Of a DNA stretch of 64,000 nucleotides, positions 19,135-28,772 are shown piece after piece. The notes under the pieces were generated by a model. It was not told where the DNA came from. It did no database searches and saw only the letters and a program-made list of their open reading frames with translations. The position numbers were made by a program, and so were the translations under genes. Origin of the DNA: Pseudomonadota bacterium (GTDB taxonomy: Bacteria > Pseudomonadota > Alphaproteobacteria > Rhodobacterales > Rhodobacteraceae); contig JBCCUU010000015.1 in NCBI GenBank assembly GCA_039196345.1, forward strand, positions 482 through 64,481, written 5' to 3'. How positions within the stretch are numbered: the first letter of the stretch is position 1; each line of letters begins with the position of its first letter.

Positions 19135-19154
19135 GGTACAATGGAACCGATATG

Positions 19155-19997
19155 TCATTTGAACTTGGCGACCATATCCATGATGCCGGGAATGGTGTGA
19201 AGCTGCTCCGCGTGGGTGGGCTGGAAGTACTGCTTGAGGCTGCGCTGGCTCAGCCCGCCAAGAATGGTGAAGTAATACATCTCATAGCCCGGCAACACGC
19301 AGCAGGGGTGATAGCCCTTGTCGATGCAGATCGTGGAGCCATCGACGATGTGGTAGGCATCGCCGGGTTCATTGTCCGCGCGCTGGAGCATTTGCAGCCC
19401 GGACCCGTAGTTCGGCTTGAAGCGGAAGTTGTAGGTCTCGTCATGACGGGTCTCGTTGGGCAGGCGGTCGGTGTCATGCTTGTGGCTGGGAAAGCCCGAC
19501 CAGCCGCCCGTGCCCACCGTGAAAAGCTCCGAGACGAGCAAACGGCCAACCCTTTCGTGCTGGTTGGCGCCGAGGATGTGCTTGATCTTGCGGTGGGTTT
19601 TCGTGTCGTCGGAGCCGTATTGCACAAGGTCCAGCTCATCGGCCCGCACCGCGAAAGGTTCCAGTACCTCGTCATATTTCGCGCCCGCGACAAAGACTTC
19701 TGCGGTGTCAGAGAGGCAGGTAAAGCGCACCTCCGCACCGGTGGGTACATAGACCCCTTCAGGCTCCCCGTCCCAGACATCGACACCACGCCCGCCAAGC
19801 TGCTTTGCCTCGAACCCGCCGACCGCGACGTCGAGCAGCCCCGTGGCCGGGACGATGCAGGTTTCAAACCCGGGCACGGCATAGCCGAAGCTTTCGCCCT
19901 TTTTCAGCTTCACGATGTTGAAGTAATTGAGCGGCACCAGCGGGTCGTTCACATCGACGATGGGTTTGTTCTGGTTGTCAAAGGGCGGGATATGCAT
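19155..19997 (-). CDS. iolB: 5-deoxy-glucuronate isomerase, copy 1
   Basis: LLVSELFTVGTGGWSGFPSHKHD, GYHPCCVLPGYEMYY. Confidence 0.88.
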   Translation of the reverse strand: MHIPPFDNQNKPIVDVNDPLVPLNYFNIVKLKKGESFGYAVPGFETCIVPATGLLDVAVGGFEAKQLGGRGVDVWDGEPEGVYVPTGAEVRFTCLSDTAEVFVAGAKYDEVLEPFAVRADELDLVQYGSDDTKTHRKIKHILGANQHERVGRLLVSELFTVGTGGWSGFPSHKHDTDRLPNETRHDETYNFRFKPNYGSGLQMLQRADNEPGDAYHIVDGSTICIDKGYHPCCVLPGYEMYYFTILGGLSQRSLKQYFQPTHAEQLHTIPGIMDMVAKFK

Positions 19998-20002
19998 CTG
20001 AG

Positions 20003-21001
20003 TTACCTTTCCGTGGGGCCGGGGTGGTCCGCCAGAAAGGCGGCAAGCTGGTCGTGGGTTGGCATGGCGGGGGCGCAGCCGGGTTTGGAGACAACGATGG
20101 AGGCGCAGGCGGAGCCGCGCAACACCGCGTCGCGCAAGTCCAGCCCCTCGGCAATGCCAGACAACAGCCCGGCCATGAAGCTGTCCCCCGCGCCATTGGG
20201 TTTCACGGCCTTGACCGGGTAAATGCCGGTGCGGATTTCCTCGCTCCCCGCGAAGGTCACGGCGCCTTTCTCGCCCATCTTGTAGATGACGATGGCGACG
20301 CCATTGTCCGCCAGCGCTTGTGCCTTTTCCAAGCCCTTGGACATGTCGCCCGCCATGAAGCCGAACTCTTCGTCATTGCCCACAATCATGTCACTGGCCG
20401 CACCGGCGCGGCTGAGCACGTCGGCGGCGACCTCGGGGGAGGGCCAGGAATAGGGGCGGTAGTCGATGTCGAAGATGACCGGCAGCCCTTGGGCATTGGC
20501 CCGCTCGAACGCCTCAAAGGTGGCGGAGCGCGACGGTTCAGCGGCAAAGACCGTCCCTGCCGTGACCAAGGCGCCAAAGAGTTTTAAGTCCACTGCCGCC
20601 ATGTCTTCGGAGGTGACTTCGAAATCCGCCGCCCCGTTGCGGTAGATCACGTTCTGGAAGTTATCGACCCGGCTCTCATAGACCGCCAGCGAATTGCGGA
20701 ACTCTCCGGCGACAGAGCGGACGTATTGCGTCTCTACACCGTAATGTTTCAGCTTGTTGAGGCAGTACCGCCCGACCGCATCATCCGAGACAGACGTGAC
20801 CAGCGACGCCTTGCAGCCGAACTTGCACAGGCCCACCGCGATATTGGCGGAGGAGCCGCCGAGGTCTGCGTGGAAGACCTCCGCCTCTTCGCTTTTCACG
20901 CCGGGCGGATGGGCGAACATGTCCATGCCCGCGCGGCCTAGAATGACGAAACTCTTGCCGCCGATGCCATCGAGCAAGGTCTGTGTCGGAAGACCGGCCA
21001 T
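20003..21001 (-). CDS. iolC: 5-dehydro-2-deoxygluconokinase (PfkB family)
   Basis: GRAGMD, GGSSANIAVG, DIDYRPYSW, GAGDSF. ATG overlaps the iolD stop. Confidence 0.9.
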   Translation of the reverse strand: MAGLPTQTLLDGIGGKSFVILGRAGMDMFAHPPGVKSEEAEVFHADLGGSSANIAVGLCKFGCKASLVTSVSDDAVGRYCLNKLKHYGVETQYVRSVAGEFRNSLAVYESRVDNFQNVIYRNGAADFEVTSEDMAAVDLKLFGALVTAGTVFAAEPSRSATFEAFERANAQGLPVIFDIDYRPYSWPSPEVAADVLSRAGAASDMIVGNDEEFGFMAGDMSKGLEKAQALADNGVAIVIYKMGEKGAVTFAGSEEIRTGIYPVKAVKPNGAGDSFMAGLLSGIAEGLDLRDAVLRGSACASIVVSKPGCAPAMPTHDQLAAFLADHPGPTER

Positions 21002-22866
21002 CACACGCCCCGGCGCTGTTTGGCGCGGGAGGATTCCCACTCCACGTGCTTTTCACGGACGGACTCGCCGGTGGACACCTCGGGCGTGCCGACTTCCCAC
21101 CAGGTGTGGCCTTCGGTTGTCCAGCCTTCATAGGCATCGACATTCATCACGATGACAGAGGTCTTGTCAGCGGCCTTTGCCGCTTTGAAGGCCGCGGACA
21201 GTTCCGCCGGGTTCTCCACCTTGACGGCATTGGCCCCCATGGCCGCCGCGTGGGCGGCGAAATCCACGGCAAAGGCTTCGGGCACCGTGGGTGTATCTTC
21301 AAAGAGGTTGTTGAAGCTTTCGTTCCCGGTGTTGTTTTGCAGCTTGTTGATGACCGCAAAACCGCCGTTGTCCAGCACCAGGATGATGAGCTTCTTCTGG
21401 GTCAGCACCGACGAATAGATGTCCGAATTCATCAGCAGGTAGGACCCGTCGCCGCAAAAGACGATGGTATCCTGGTCCGGTTCCTTCTCGGCCTGCGCGA
21501 TGCGTGCCCCCCAGCCGCCGGAAATCTCATACCCCATGCAGGAGAAGCCAAACTCCACGTCCACCGTGCCGATATCGAGCGTGCGCCAGTTGGCCGTGAC
21601 CTCCGCCGGCAGGCCACCGGCAGCGGCCACCACCCGGTCGCGCTTGTCACAGAGCGCGTTCACGACGCCGACGGCCTGGGCATAGGAGTTCGGGCGATTG
21701 CCGGGTTTGACGTTGTCGGTGACATAGGCGTTCCATTTCCGACGCTCACTCTTGGCAAAGCTGACCCAGCTTTCGGGGGCTGTGTAGCCGCTCAGCGCTG
21801 CGCCAAGCGCCTCAATGCCCAGTTTGGCATCCCCCACTACCGGCAAGGACAGATGCTTGGCCGCGTCATGGCGTGCGGCGTTGATCGAGATGATGCGCGC
21901 GTCCTTGGCAAAGGCGGTCCACGATCCTGTCGTGAAATCCTGCAAGCGGCACCCGACAGAGAGGATCACATCCGCCGCTTCGGCGACGGCATTGGCGCTG
22001 TCCGATCCCGTGACACCCACCGGCCCGATATTCAGTGGGTGCGTGTCGAGCAGGTTCGCGCGCCCGGCAATTGTCTCTATCACGGGGATAGCATGGGCTT
22101 CGGCAAAACTGGTGAGCTCAGCCACCGCGCGGGAATACTGCACCCCGCCACCTGCAATCAGCACCGGGCGTTCGGCAGATTTCAGGAGTGCTGCCGCCTC
22201 TGCCACCTCCGCCGCATCCGGGGCCTGGCGGCGAATGCGGTGGGTTCTTTCCTCGAAAAGCGCCACCGGGTAGTCATATGCCCAGCCCTGCACGTCCTGC
22301 GGCAGGGCGATAAAGGCCGGGCCGCAATCCGCCGGGTCGAGCATGGTCGCGATGGCGGCAGGCAGGGATTGAATGACCTGCGCGGGGTGGGTGATCCGGT
22401 CCCAGAACCGGCTGACCGCCTTGAAACCATCGTTCAGGCCGAGCGCGGGATTGCCATAGTGTTCAAGCTGTTGCAGCACCGGATCGGGCAGGCGTGTGAG
22501 GAATGTATCGCCACAGAGCATGAGCAGGGGCAGGCGGTTGGCATGGGCCAGAGCGGCGGCTGTCATCAGGTTCGCCGTGCCCGGCCCGGCCGAAGCGGTG
22601 CAGAACATGAAGCGCTGGCGCAGGTGGTATTTGGCGTAAGCCGCGGCTGCGAACCCCATGCTTTGTTCGTTCTGGCCCCGGTAGAGCGGCAGCGTATCGC
22701 GCACCTCGTAGAGCGCCTCGCCCAGACAAGTGACGTTGCCATGACCGAAAATGCCGAAACCGCCGCCGCAGAGGCGCTGTCTCTCGCCGTCGATTTCGAT
22801 GAACTGGGCGTTGAGATAACGAATGATGGCCTGAGCTGTTGTCAGGCGAATGGTCTTGTCGGTCAT
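21001..22866 (-). CDS. iolD: 3D-(3,5/4)-trihydroxycyclohexane-1,2-dione acylhydrolase
   Basis: LTTAQAIIRYL, GIFGHGNV, GQNEQSMG, EFGFSCMGYEI, GDGSYLLMNSD. True start at 22866, not 23913. Confidence 0.95.
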   Translation of the reverse strand: MTDKTIRLTTAQAIIRYLNAQFIEIDGERQRLCGGGFGIFGHGNVTCLGEALYEVRDTLPLYRGQNEQSMGFAAAAYAKYHLRQRFMFCTASAGPGTANLMTAAALAHANRLPLLMLCGDTFLTRLPDPVLQQLEHYGNPALGLNDGFKAVSRFWDRITHPAQVIQSLPAAIATMLDPADCGPAFIALPQDVQGWAYDYPVALFEERTHRIRRQAPDAAEVAEAAALLKSAERPVLIAGGGVQYSRAVAELTSFAEAHAIPVIETIAGRANLLDTHPLNIGPVGVTGSDSANAVAEAADVILSVGCRLQDFTTGSWTAFAKDARIISINAARHDAAKHLSLPVVGDAKLGIEALGAALSGYTAPESWVSFAKSERRKWNAYVTDNVKPGNRPNSYAQAVGVVNALCDKRDRVVAAAGGLPAEVTANWRTLDIGTVDVEFGFSCMGYEISGGWGARIAQAEKEPDQDTIVFCGDGSYLLMNSDIYSSVLTQKKLIILVLDNGGFAVINKLQNNTGNESFNNLFEDTPTVPEAFAVDFAAHAAAMGANAVKVENPAELSAAFKAAKAADKTSVIVMNVDAYEGWTTEGHTWWEVGTPEVSTGESVREKHVEWESSRAKQRRGV

Positions 22867-22943
22867 ATCCGGGGCCCCTCCACTGCAATCTGTCAGGCCA
22901 GGATGATTGACGCTTGACCTGAAGCGCCATTTATAGATACCCG

Positions 22944-22963
22944 TATTGCAACCGGTTGCAATA
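22944..22963. promoter_or_regulatory. Candidate LacI-family (IolR) operator, site 1
   Basis: Perfect 20-bp palindrome TATTGCAACCGGTTGCAATA between divergent iolD and the oxidoreductase gene; same core at 29827. Confidence 0.82.
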
Positions 22964-22983
22964 TCTTTTTTGGGGAGGGTGCC

Positions 22984-24111
22984 ATGGCGGGAATCGGGAT
23001 TGGCATCGTTGGTGGCGGCTACATGGGCAAGGCCCATGCGGTGGCCATGCGCGCGGTCGGTACTGTGTTCAACACTGCCCTGCGCCCGCGTCTTGAGATG
23101 ATCGCCGCGTCCTCCGACGCCTCTGCGCAGCGCTACGCCCGGGCCTATGGGTTTTCCCGCAGCACCGGCGACTGGCGCAGCCTGGTCTCGGACCCCAAGG
23201 TGGAAGCGATCGTCATTGCCTCGCCCCCCGAGACGCATCTGGAAATCACGCGGTTTGCAGCGGAGGCTGGCAAACCGATCTTTTGCGAAAAGCCGCTGGG
23301 TGCCTCCATCGCTGATGCCACCGCGATGACCGAGACCGTTGAGAAGGCTGGTGTGGTGAACATGATCGGCTTCAATTACATCCGCACCCCCGCCTCGCAG
23401 TTTGCCCGCAAGTTGATCGCGGAGGGGGCTATCGGTGAGGTCACGTGGTTCCGGGGCGAGCACACCGAGGATTTCTACGCTAACGCGGATGAACCCGCGA
23501 CATGGCGTGCCCAAGGCGAGGCCAACGGCTGCATGGGTGATCTGGCACCGCATATGATCAACGCTGCACTGGCGCTCATCGGGTCCATCGGGTCCGTCAT
23601 GGCCGAAATCGAGACGGTGCATACCACGCGCGGCGGGGTGGCGGTGACAAATGACGATCAGGGTCAGATCATGTGCCGCTTTGCCGGTGGCGCGATGGGG
23701 CATCTCTTTTTCAGCCGCACCGCGACGGGCCGCAAGATGGGCTACATTTACGAGGTTACGGGGACCAAGGGGGCGATCCGCTTTAATCAGGAAGACCAGA
23801 ATGCGATCTGGCTCTACAAGGCCGAAGGGCCGGAGGCGGAGCGCGGTTTTCGCCAGATTCTGACCGGCCCCGCGCATCCCGATTACGCGCCCTTCTGCCT
23901 CGGGCCGGGACATGGCACCGGCTATCAGGATCAGATCATCATTGAAGCGCGTGATTTCCTCGCCGCGATTGAGGCGGGCAAATCGCTTTGGCCGACCTTT
24001 CGTGACGGGCTTGAGGTCAGCGCGGTGGTTGATGCCGCGCGCCGGTCCAGCGATACGCGCGGCTGGCAGGATGTAACACCTTCATCAGGACGTGGGGAGC
24101 ACCGGAAATGA
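22984..24111 (+). CDS. Gfo/Idh/MocA family oxidoreductase (inositol cluster)
   Basis: GGGYMGKAHA, CEKPLG, GFNYIR, MGDLAPH. Confidence 0.9.
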   Translation: MAGIGIGIVGGGYMGKAHAVAMRAVGTVFNTALRPRLEMIAASSDASAQRYARAYGFSRSTGDWRSLVSDPKVEAIVIASPPETHLEITRFAAEAGKPIFCEKPLGASIADATAMTETVEKAGVVNMIGFNYIRTPASQFARKLIAEGAIGEVTWFRGEHTEDFYANADEPATWRAQGEANGCMGDLAPHMINAALALIGSIGSVMAEIETVHTTRGGVAVTNDDQGQIMCRFAGGAMGHLFFSRTATGRKMGYIYEVTGTKGAIRFNQEDQNAIWLYKAEGPEAERGFRQILTGPAHPDYAPFCLGPGHGTGYQDQIIIEARDFLAAIEAGKSLWPTFRDGLEVSAVVDAARRSSDTRGWQDVTPSSGRGEHRK

Positions 24112-25001
24112 CAATCAGAATTGGCAATGCCCCCTGTTCATGGGGTGTGGAATTTGCGGATGATCCGCGCAACCCGGGCTGGCGCGATGTGCTGCGCGAA
24201 AATGCCGAAGCGGGGTACAAGGGGATTGAACTCGGACCGGTCGGCTTCATGCCCGAGGACCCGGGGGTCCTGGGCGATGCGCTGGCGGAGCATGATCTGG
24301 AGCTGATCGGCGGTGTGGTGTTTCGCCCCTTCCATGACCCTGACGGATGGGAGGATGTGCTCGATGGTGCGGTGCGGACCTGCGAGGCGCTGAAGGCGCA
24401 TGGGGCGCAGCATCTGGTGCTGATCGACAGCATCTCTCCGCGCCGGGCCGGCACAGCGGGGCGCGCGGCGGATGCAGAGCAGATGGATCAGGCCGAATGG
24501 ACGGCCTTCCGCGACCGGATCGCGCATGTGGCCAGGATGGGGGTTGAGGACTACGGTTTGACCGTCGGCATTCACGCCCATGCGGCGGGGTTCATGGATT
24601 TTGAGCCGGAACTGGAACGCCTGCTGGACGAGGTGGATGAGCGCATCCTGAAAATCTGTTTTGACACCGGGCATCATTCCTATGCCGGGTTCGATCCCGT
24701 GGCCTTCACGGAGCGCCACATCGACCGGATCAGCTATATGCACTTCAAGGACATCAACCCTGTCGTCAAAGCGGATGTGATCGCCAGGGGCACTGGTTTC
24801 TATGAGGCTTGCGGGCAGGGTATTTTCTGCAACCTTGGCGATGGGGATGTGGATTTCCAGCGCGTGCGGGAGATCCTGCTGGAGAGCGGTTTTGAGGGCT
24901 GGTGCACGGTGGAGCAGGATTGCGACCCGACGCTGCCGGACACGGACAGTTTGCGCGATGCTAAGGTAAACCGTGCCTATCTGCAGAGCATCGGGTTTTG
25001 A
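24108..25001 (+). CDS. iolE: myo-Inosose-2 dehydratase (TIM barrel)
   Basis: IGNAPCSWGVEF, HAHAAG, DTGH, HFKD, VEQD. Confidence 0.85.
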   Translation: MTIRIGNAPCSWGVEFADDPRNPGWRDVLRENAEAGYKGIELGPVGFMPEDPGVLGDALAEHDLELIGGVVFRPFHDPDGWEDVLDGAVRTCEALKAHGAQHLVLIDSISPRRAGTAGRAADAEQMDQAEWTAFRDRIAHVARMGVEDYGLTVGIHAHAAGFMDFEPELERLLDEVDERILKICFDTGHHSYAGFDPVAFTERHIDRISYMHFKDINPVVKADVIARGTGFYEACGQGIFCNLGDGDVDFQRVREILLESGFEGWCTVEQDCDPTLPDTDSLRDAKVNRAYLQSIGF

Positions 25002-25014
25002 TTTTGGCAAGGGG

Positions 25015-25069
25015 GACGCACCTCCGACCCATCGAGGGTCATCGGTGCGTCGCCGCTCGTGGAGCGGCG
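25015..25069. repeat. Tandem intergenic hairpins (REP-like)
   Basis: GACGCACC...GGTGCGTC enclosing GACCC-N5-GGGTC, then CGCCGCTC-GTG-GAGCGGCG. Confidence 0.5.
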
Positions 25070-25102
25070 GGCGCCCGGTGTTAACAGAAAGTGAGAATAC
25101 GG

Positions 25103-26236
25103 ATGGGACGATTGAACTGGGGCATGATCGGCGGCGGCATGGGCAGCCAGATCGGACCCGCGCACCGGCTTGGCGCGCAGGCGGATGGCAATTTCGTGCT
25201 GGCGGCCGGGGCGCTGGACGTGGATGCCGAAAAGGGCCGCGCTTATGGTCAGTCGCTGGGGGTTGCCGCAGACCGTGCCTATGGCAGCTGGCAGGAAATG
25301 CTGGCGGGCGAGACATCCCGCGACGACCGCGTCGATCTGGTCACCGTGGCCACGCCGAATTCCACGCATTTCGAGATCACCAAAGCGTTTCTGGAGGCGG
25401 GCTTCAACGTGCTTTGCGAAAAGCCGATGACCATGACCGTCGAAGAGGGCGAGGAGATCGTGCAGGTCGCAAGAGCCGCCGGCAGGATCTGCGCGGTGAA
25501 CTATTGCTATTCCGCCTATCCGATGGTGCGCGAGATGCGCCAGATGGTGGCGACGGGGCAGTTGGGCAAGGTGCGCCTTGTCGTGACCAGTTTCAGCCAC
25601 GGCCATCACGGGGATGCTACGGACGCGGACAACCCGCGCGTGCGCTGGCGCTACGACCCGGCGATGGCCGGTGTTTCGGGCCAGTTTGCGGATTGCGGTA
25701 TCCACGCCTTGCATATGGCAAGCTTCGTCGTCGGGGATCAGGTGCGCAGCCTGTCGGCGGATTTTGCCTCGACCATTCCCGGCCGCGTGCTTGAGGATGA
25801 CGCGATGGTGAACTTCCGCATGGAAGGCGGCACGGTCGGGCGGCTCTGGACGTCTTCGGTGGCGATCGGTCGCCAGCACGGGTTCGACATCCAGGTCTTT
25901 GGCGAGACAGGCGGCATGCGGTGGGCCTCCGAGCAGCCCAATCAGGTTCTTTACACGCCGGTGGGCGGGCGGACGCAGATCATCGAGAAAGGTGAGGCGG
26001 GTCTCTCCGATGAGGCAACGCGCCTCAGCCGCGTGGCCATCGCGCACCCCGAAGGCTTCCCTTTGGCAGTGGCCAACATATACGTCGATCTCGCGGATGC
26101 GATCCGGGGCGAGACGCGGGCCGCGCTTCCGCTGGCAGAGGATGGATTACGCTCCATGGCGGCTGTTTATGCAGCGATTGATTCTGCGGGGCAGGATGGC
26201 AAATGGGTGGATGCGCGCCCGCCAATGTTCCGATAG
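25103..26236 (+). CDS. Gfo/Idh/MocA family oxidoreductase (inositol cluster)
   Basis: WGMIGGGMGSQIGPAHR, CEKPM, RWRYDPAMAG, DCGIHA, GHPEG-like AHPEGF. Start at MGRLNW. Confidence 0.9.
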   Translation: MGRLNWGMIGGGMGSQIGPAHRLGAQADGNFVLAAGALDVDAEKGRAYGQSLGVAADRAYGSWQEMLAGETSRDDRVDLVTVATPNSTHFEITKAFLEAGFNVLCEKPMTMTVEEGEEIVQVARAAGRICAVNYCYSAYPMVREMRQMVATGQLGKVRLVVTSFSHGHHGDATDADNPRVRWRYDPAMAGVSGQFADCGIHALHMASFVVGDQVRSLSADFASTIPGRVLEDDAMVNFRMEGGTVGRLWTSSVAIGRQHGFDIQVFGETGGMRWASEQPNQVLYTPVGGRTQIIEKGEAGLSDEATRLSRVAIAHPEGFPLAVANIYVDLADAIRGETRAALPLAEDGLRSMAAVYAAIDSAGQDGKWVDARPPMFR

Positions 26237-26415
26237 TGGCCACAATCCCACCGAAAAAGCGGTACCATATGGGCCGGATGCTACCACAGCGAGACGTTGA
26301 GACCAGTCTTCAGAAAAACCAGCCGAATTGATGGTCGGACAAGCTACAAGTATTTGTGACGGGTGGGCAAAAGTGCTGTTTTCGAGCCGGGATATTATGT
26401 CGGAAGGGTACGCGT

Positions 26416-27063
26416 ATAAAGACCATCTCAACTTTGGCCGCTGCGGCCCTGATGCTGTCGGCAGTCGCCGCGTCTGCCGCGACGTTTACGTGGACTGAAG
26501 GCAATGGAAACAACCGGAAACTGGTTGCGGGTTCCATAGACCTGAACGATGCGAACTCCAATACGCCGGGGTTTGACCTAGGGGCATTCACCGCCGCTGA
26601 CGCCTTGCAAGTTCACGGCCGGATCGTTGGGTCTCAGGATGTATTCTCCTACTCCTTCACGATGTCACAGGCATTCAACGTCTCCTTTGACCTCGATGGC
26701 TACGCACTTGCCCTCGGCGGGTTCGAAAGCAATTCTGGCCTCGTTGGGCAAAAGAAAAGAGGGGGTGACCCCACCCCGGGCGAGATCATGAAAGGGGTCA
26801 AGTTCACCCTGACAGGTGGTGGCTCTTCCGAAAGCAGATCCTTTGCCACAGATATCCTGAGCGGTGCCGATCCGTTCATCCTTTCGGGTGACGGAAACAC
26901 AGTCTACACGCTGACCATCGATGGATCGGTTGGCCCGGCCGCCGGCAAAGCAGCCCTTTATGATCTGCGCATCGCGGCGGTTTCGGTGCCCGCAGCCGGT
27001 CTGTTGCTCATCAGTGCAGTTGCTGGCATGGGTGCCATGGCGCGTCGGCGCAAGCACGGCTGA
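26416..27063 (+). CDS. VPLPA-CTERM-like sorting domain secreted protein; apparent ATA start
   Basis: Signal peptide (M)KTISTLAAAALMLSAVAASA; C-terminus VSVPAAGLLLISAVAGMGAMARRRKHG. Confidence 0.78.
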   Translation: MKTISTLAAAALMLSAVAASAATFTWTEGNGNNRKLVAGSIDLNDANSNTPGFDLGAFTAADALQVHGRIVGSQDVFSYSFTMSQAFNVSFDLDGYALALGGFESNSGLVGQKKRGGDPTPGEIMKGVKFTLTGGGSSESRSFATDILSGADPFILSGDGNTVYTLTIDGSVGPAAGKAALYDLRIAAVSVPAAGLLLISAVAGMGAMARRRKHG

Positions 27064-27085
27064 TCCTACACGGATAACGCGAGGA

Positions 27086-27111
27086 AGGGCCGGTCTGCCG
27101 GCCCCTTTTTG
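27086..27111 (+). terminator. Rho-independent terminator
   Basis: GGGCCGG-TCTG-CCGGCCC followed by CTTTTT, after the VPLPA-type gene. Confidence 0.7.
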
Positions 27112-27362
27112 TGCCGGATCGAAATCGAATTATGCACTCTGCTGCCGTAGGTGGTTAGGATCGTGGCCTGTCTGTGAGCGTTTTGCGCTTTCCGGTCAGC
27201 ACCCCTTGACCCCCCTGTCTTGGGGGCAACGGGGGGTGGCGGGAAATTCGTCAAGGGCCGGATGCGCCGCAATCATCTGCAGATAATCTCTGTTCAAGTT
27301 TATCTGCTAGCTCTTTGTTATTCTTTTTGACTGACAGTCCCTGCGTGGCTTCGTGGGAATTG

Positions 27363-28559
27363 ATGATGATTATGCAGTTGACCGATATCGTGGACATGGT
27401 GGCGTCGCTTGGTTTGATTATGGTGCTGGGCTACGCCTACGCGCAACTGCATCATCGGCTACGCTTCCCCAAGGCAAGCCAGATCGTTCTCGGTGCGCTG
27501 TTCGGGCTCGCTGCCGCCCTGCAAATGGTCAGGCCGTTTGAGCCGATGGACGGGTTGATCATTGACTTCCGGAACATTCCCATCGCGATGGCGGGCGCTT
27601 TCCTTGGCATACGCGGGGCGCTGACCTGTCTTGCCATCGCCGTGGCCATGCGCCTCAATCTCGGGGGCGTCGGGATGTGGGGCGGGGTCCTGGGTATGGT
27701 GCTGGCCCTCGCTGGGGGTGCGTTTTGGGCGGGGTGCATGCGGTTCACACCCAAACGCGGCCTTGGTGCGATGGTTTTTCTTGCGCTCGCCACCTCCAGC
27801 CACCTTGGCGGGGCATTGGTGATGCCGGAGGCTGCCCGGGACTGGTTCATTGAAAAGGCCGCGCTACCGCTCTTGATGGTCAATATCTTTGCGGTTCCGA
27901 TTGTCGGCAGCATTCTCGAAGCGGAAAGATTTCGCCATCGGGACAAACGCCGTCTGCACGCCTCGGCGGTTCTTGACCCTGACACAGGGCTGCCTCACTT
28001 CGAAAGTTTCACGCGGCAGTGCATGATCCGGGCCGTGGCGATGGACGACGGGTCCTACACGCAGATCCTCGTGTTGCGCCTGCGGCATTACCAGGTTCTG
28101 ACCAACTGGGGGCGTGCGGCGCTGCGCAAGCAGCTTCTCGCAGCCATGAAGCTGCGGGTTGAAACGGTGCTGCCAAAGCTGGGTCTTGCAAGCTGTTACG
28201 AAGATCGGCTTCTGCTCATCCCGCTCACCCTTGAAGATCTGTCCCGGAGGGAAGAGTTGCTTGTGGAGATTAGACGCGCCGTGACAGAAGCGCCCTATGT
28301 GCATGGCAACACCAAGCATCGTCAGAACGTGGACATGCACGTTGTGCCGCTGGAAACGGAAACCGAATTCGCTGCCGCTCTCGACCGCATTGCAAAGGGC
28401 TCCAACAAGGTCGTCGCGCAGAAGCAGCAGCGTGGCATTGTCAACCGGCAGGTGCAGGAAATGCCCGTCGCAAAGGGGTACAAAAGTTCGACCGACAAGA
28501 TGTTTGCCAAACTTGAAGTGCTGCTGAAGCAGAACAAGGTTTCCGGCAGATCCGGCTAG
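27363..28559 (+). CDS. LytS/YhcK-type 5TM receptor protein with a degenerate GGDEF-like C-terminal region
   Basis: GLIIDFRNIPIAMAGAFLG (5TMR-LYT signature); then VLDPDTGLPHF with no GGDEF motif. Confidence 0.72.
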   Translation: MMIMQLTDIVDMVASLGLIMVLGYAYAQLHHRLRFPKASQIVLGALFGLAAALQMVRPFEPMDGLIIDFRNIPIAMAGAFLGIRGALTCLAIAVAMRLNLGGVGMWGGVLGMVLALAGGAFWAGCMRFTPKRGLGAMVFLALATSSHLGGALVMPEAARDWFIEKAALPLLMVNIFAVPIVGSILEAERFRHRDKRRLHASAVLDPDTGLPHFESFTRQCMIRAVAMDDGSYTQILVLRLRHYQVLTNWGRAALRKQLLAAMKLRVETVLPKLGLASCYEDRLLLIPLTLEDLSRREELLVEIRRAVTEAPYVHGNTKHRQNVDMHVVPLETETEFAAALDRIAKGSNKVVAQKQQRGIVNRQVQEMPVAKGYKSSTDKMFAKLEVLLKQNKVSGRSG

Positions 28560-28701
28560 AACATCGGCCTGAAAACCTGAATCACTTACACTTACCGAAT
28601 GTACCCGGCCGGCACCGCCGGCCAGCCCCCGACCTTCCCCCGGGAGGGGCTGGCTTCAGTTGCAAGGGATCGTGTTGCAGATGAAACGGATGCCGCTCTG
28701 G
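28556..28701. repeat. MITE-like element, family copy 2
   Basis: CTAGAACATCGGCCTGA...CCCGGCCGGCACCGCCGGCCAGCCCCCGACC...TCGTGTTGC...CGGATGCCGCTCTG. Aligns with 16935-17107 apart from an internal deletion. Left end coincides with the upstream TAG stop. Confidence 0.8.
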
Positions 28702-28772
28702 GTATCGGGCCGGGGGCCGGCACCCAGTGGACTGGATGCCGGCACTCTCTTGGCAAAGGGTCGCCACATCTC

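Noticed and set aside
22867-23913. 970-aa version of iolD in the ORF track
   Set aside because: The extension is antisense to the Gfo/Idh/MocA gene and crosses the operator; IolD similarity starts at 22866.
27203-27257. CCCTTGAC...GTCAAGGG inverted repeat
   Set aside because: Single short copy in the window; cannot distinguish a repeat element from chance or an operator.
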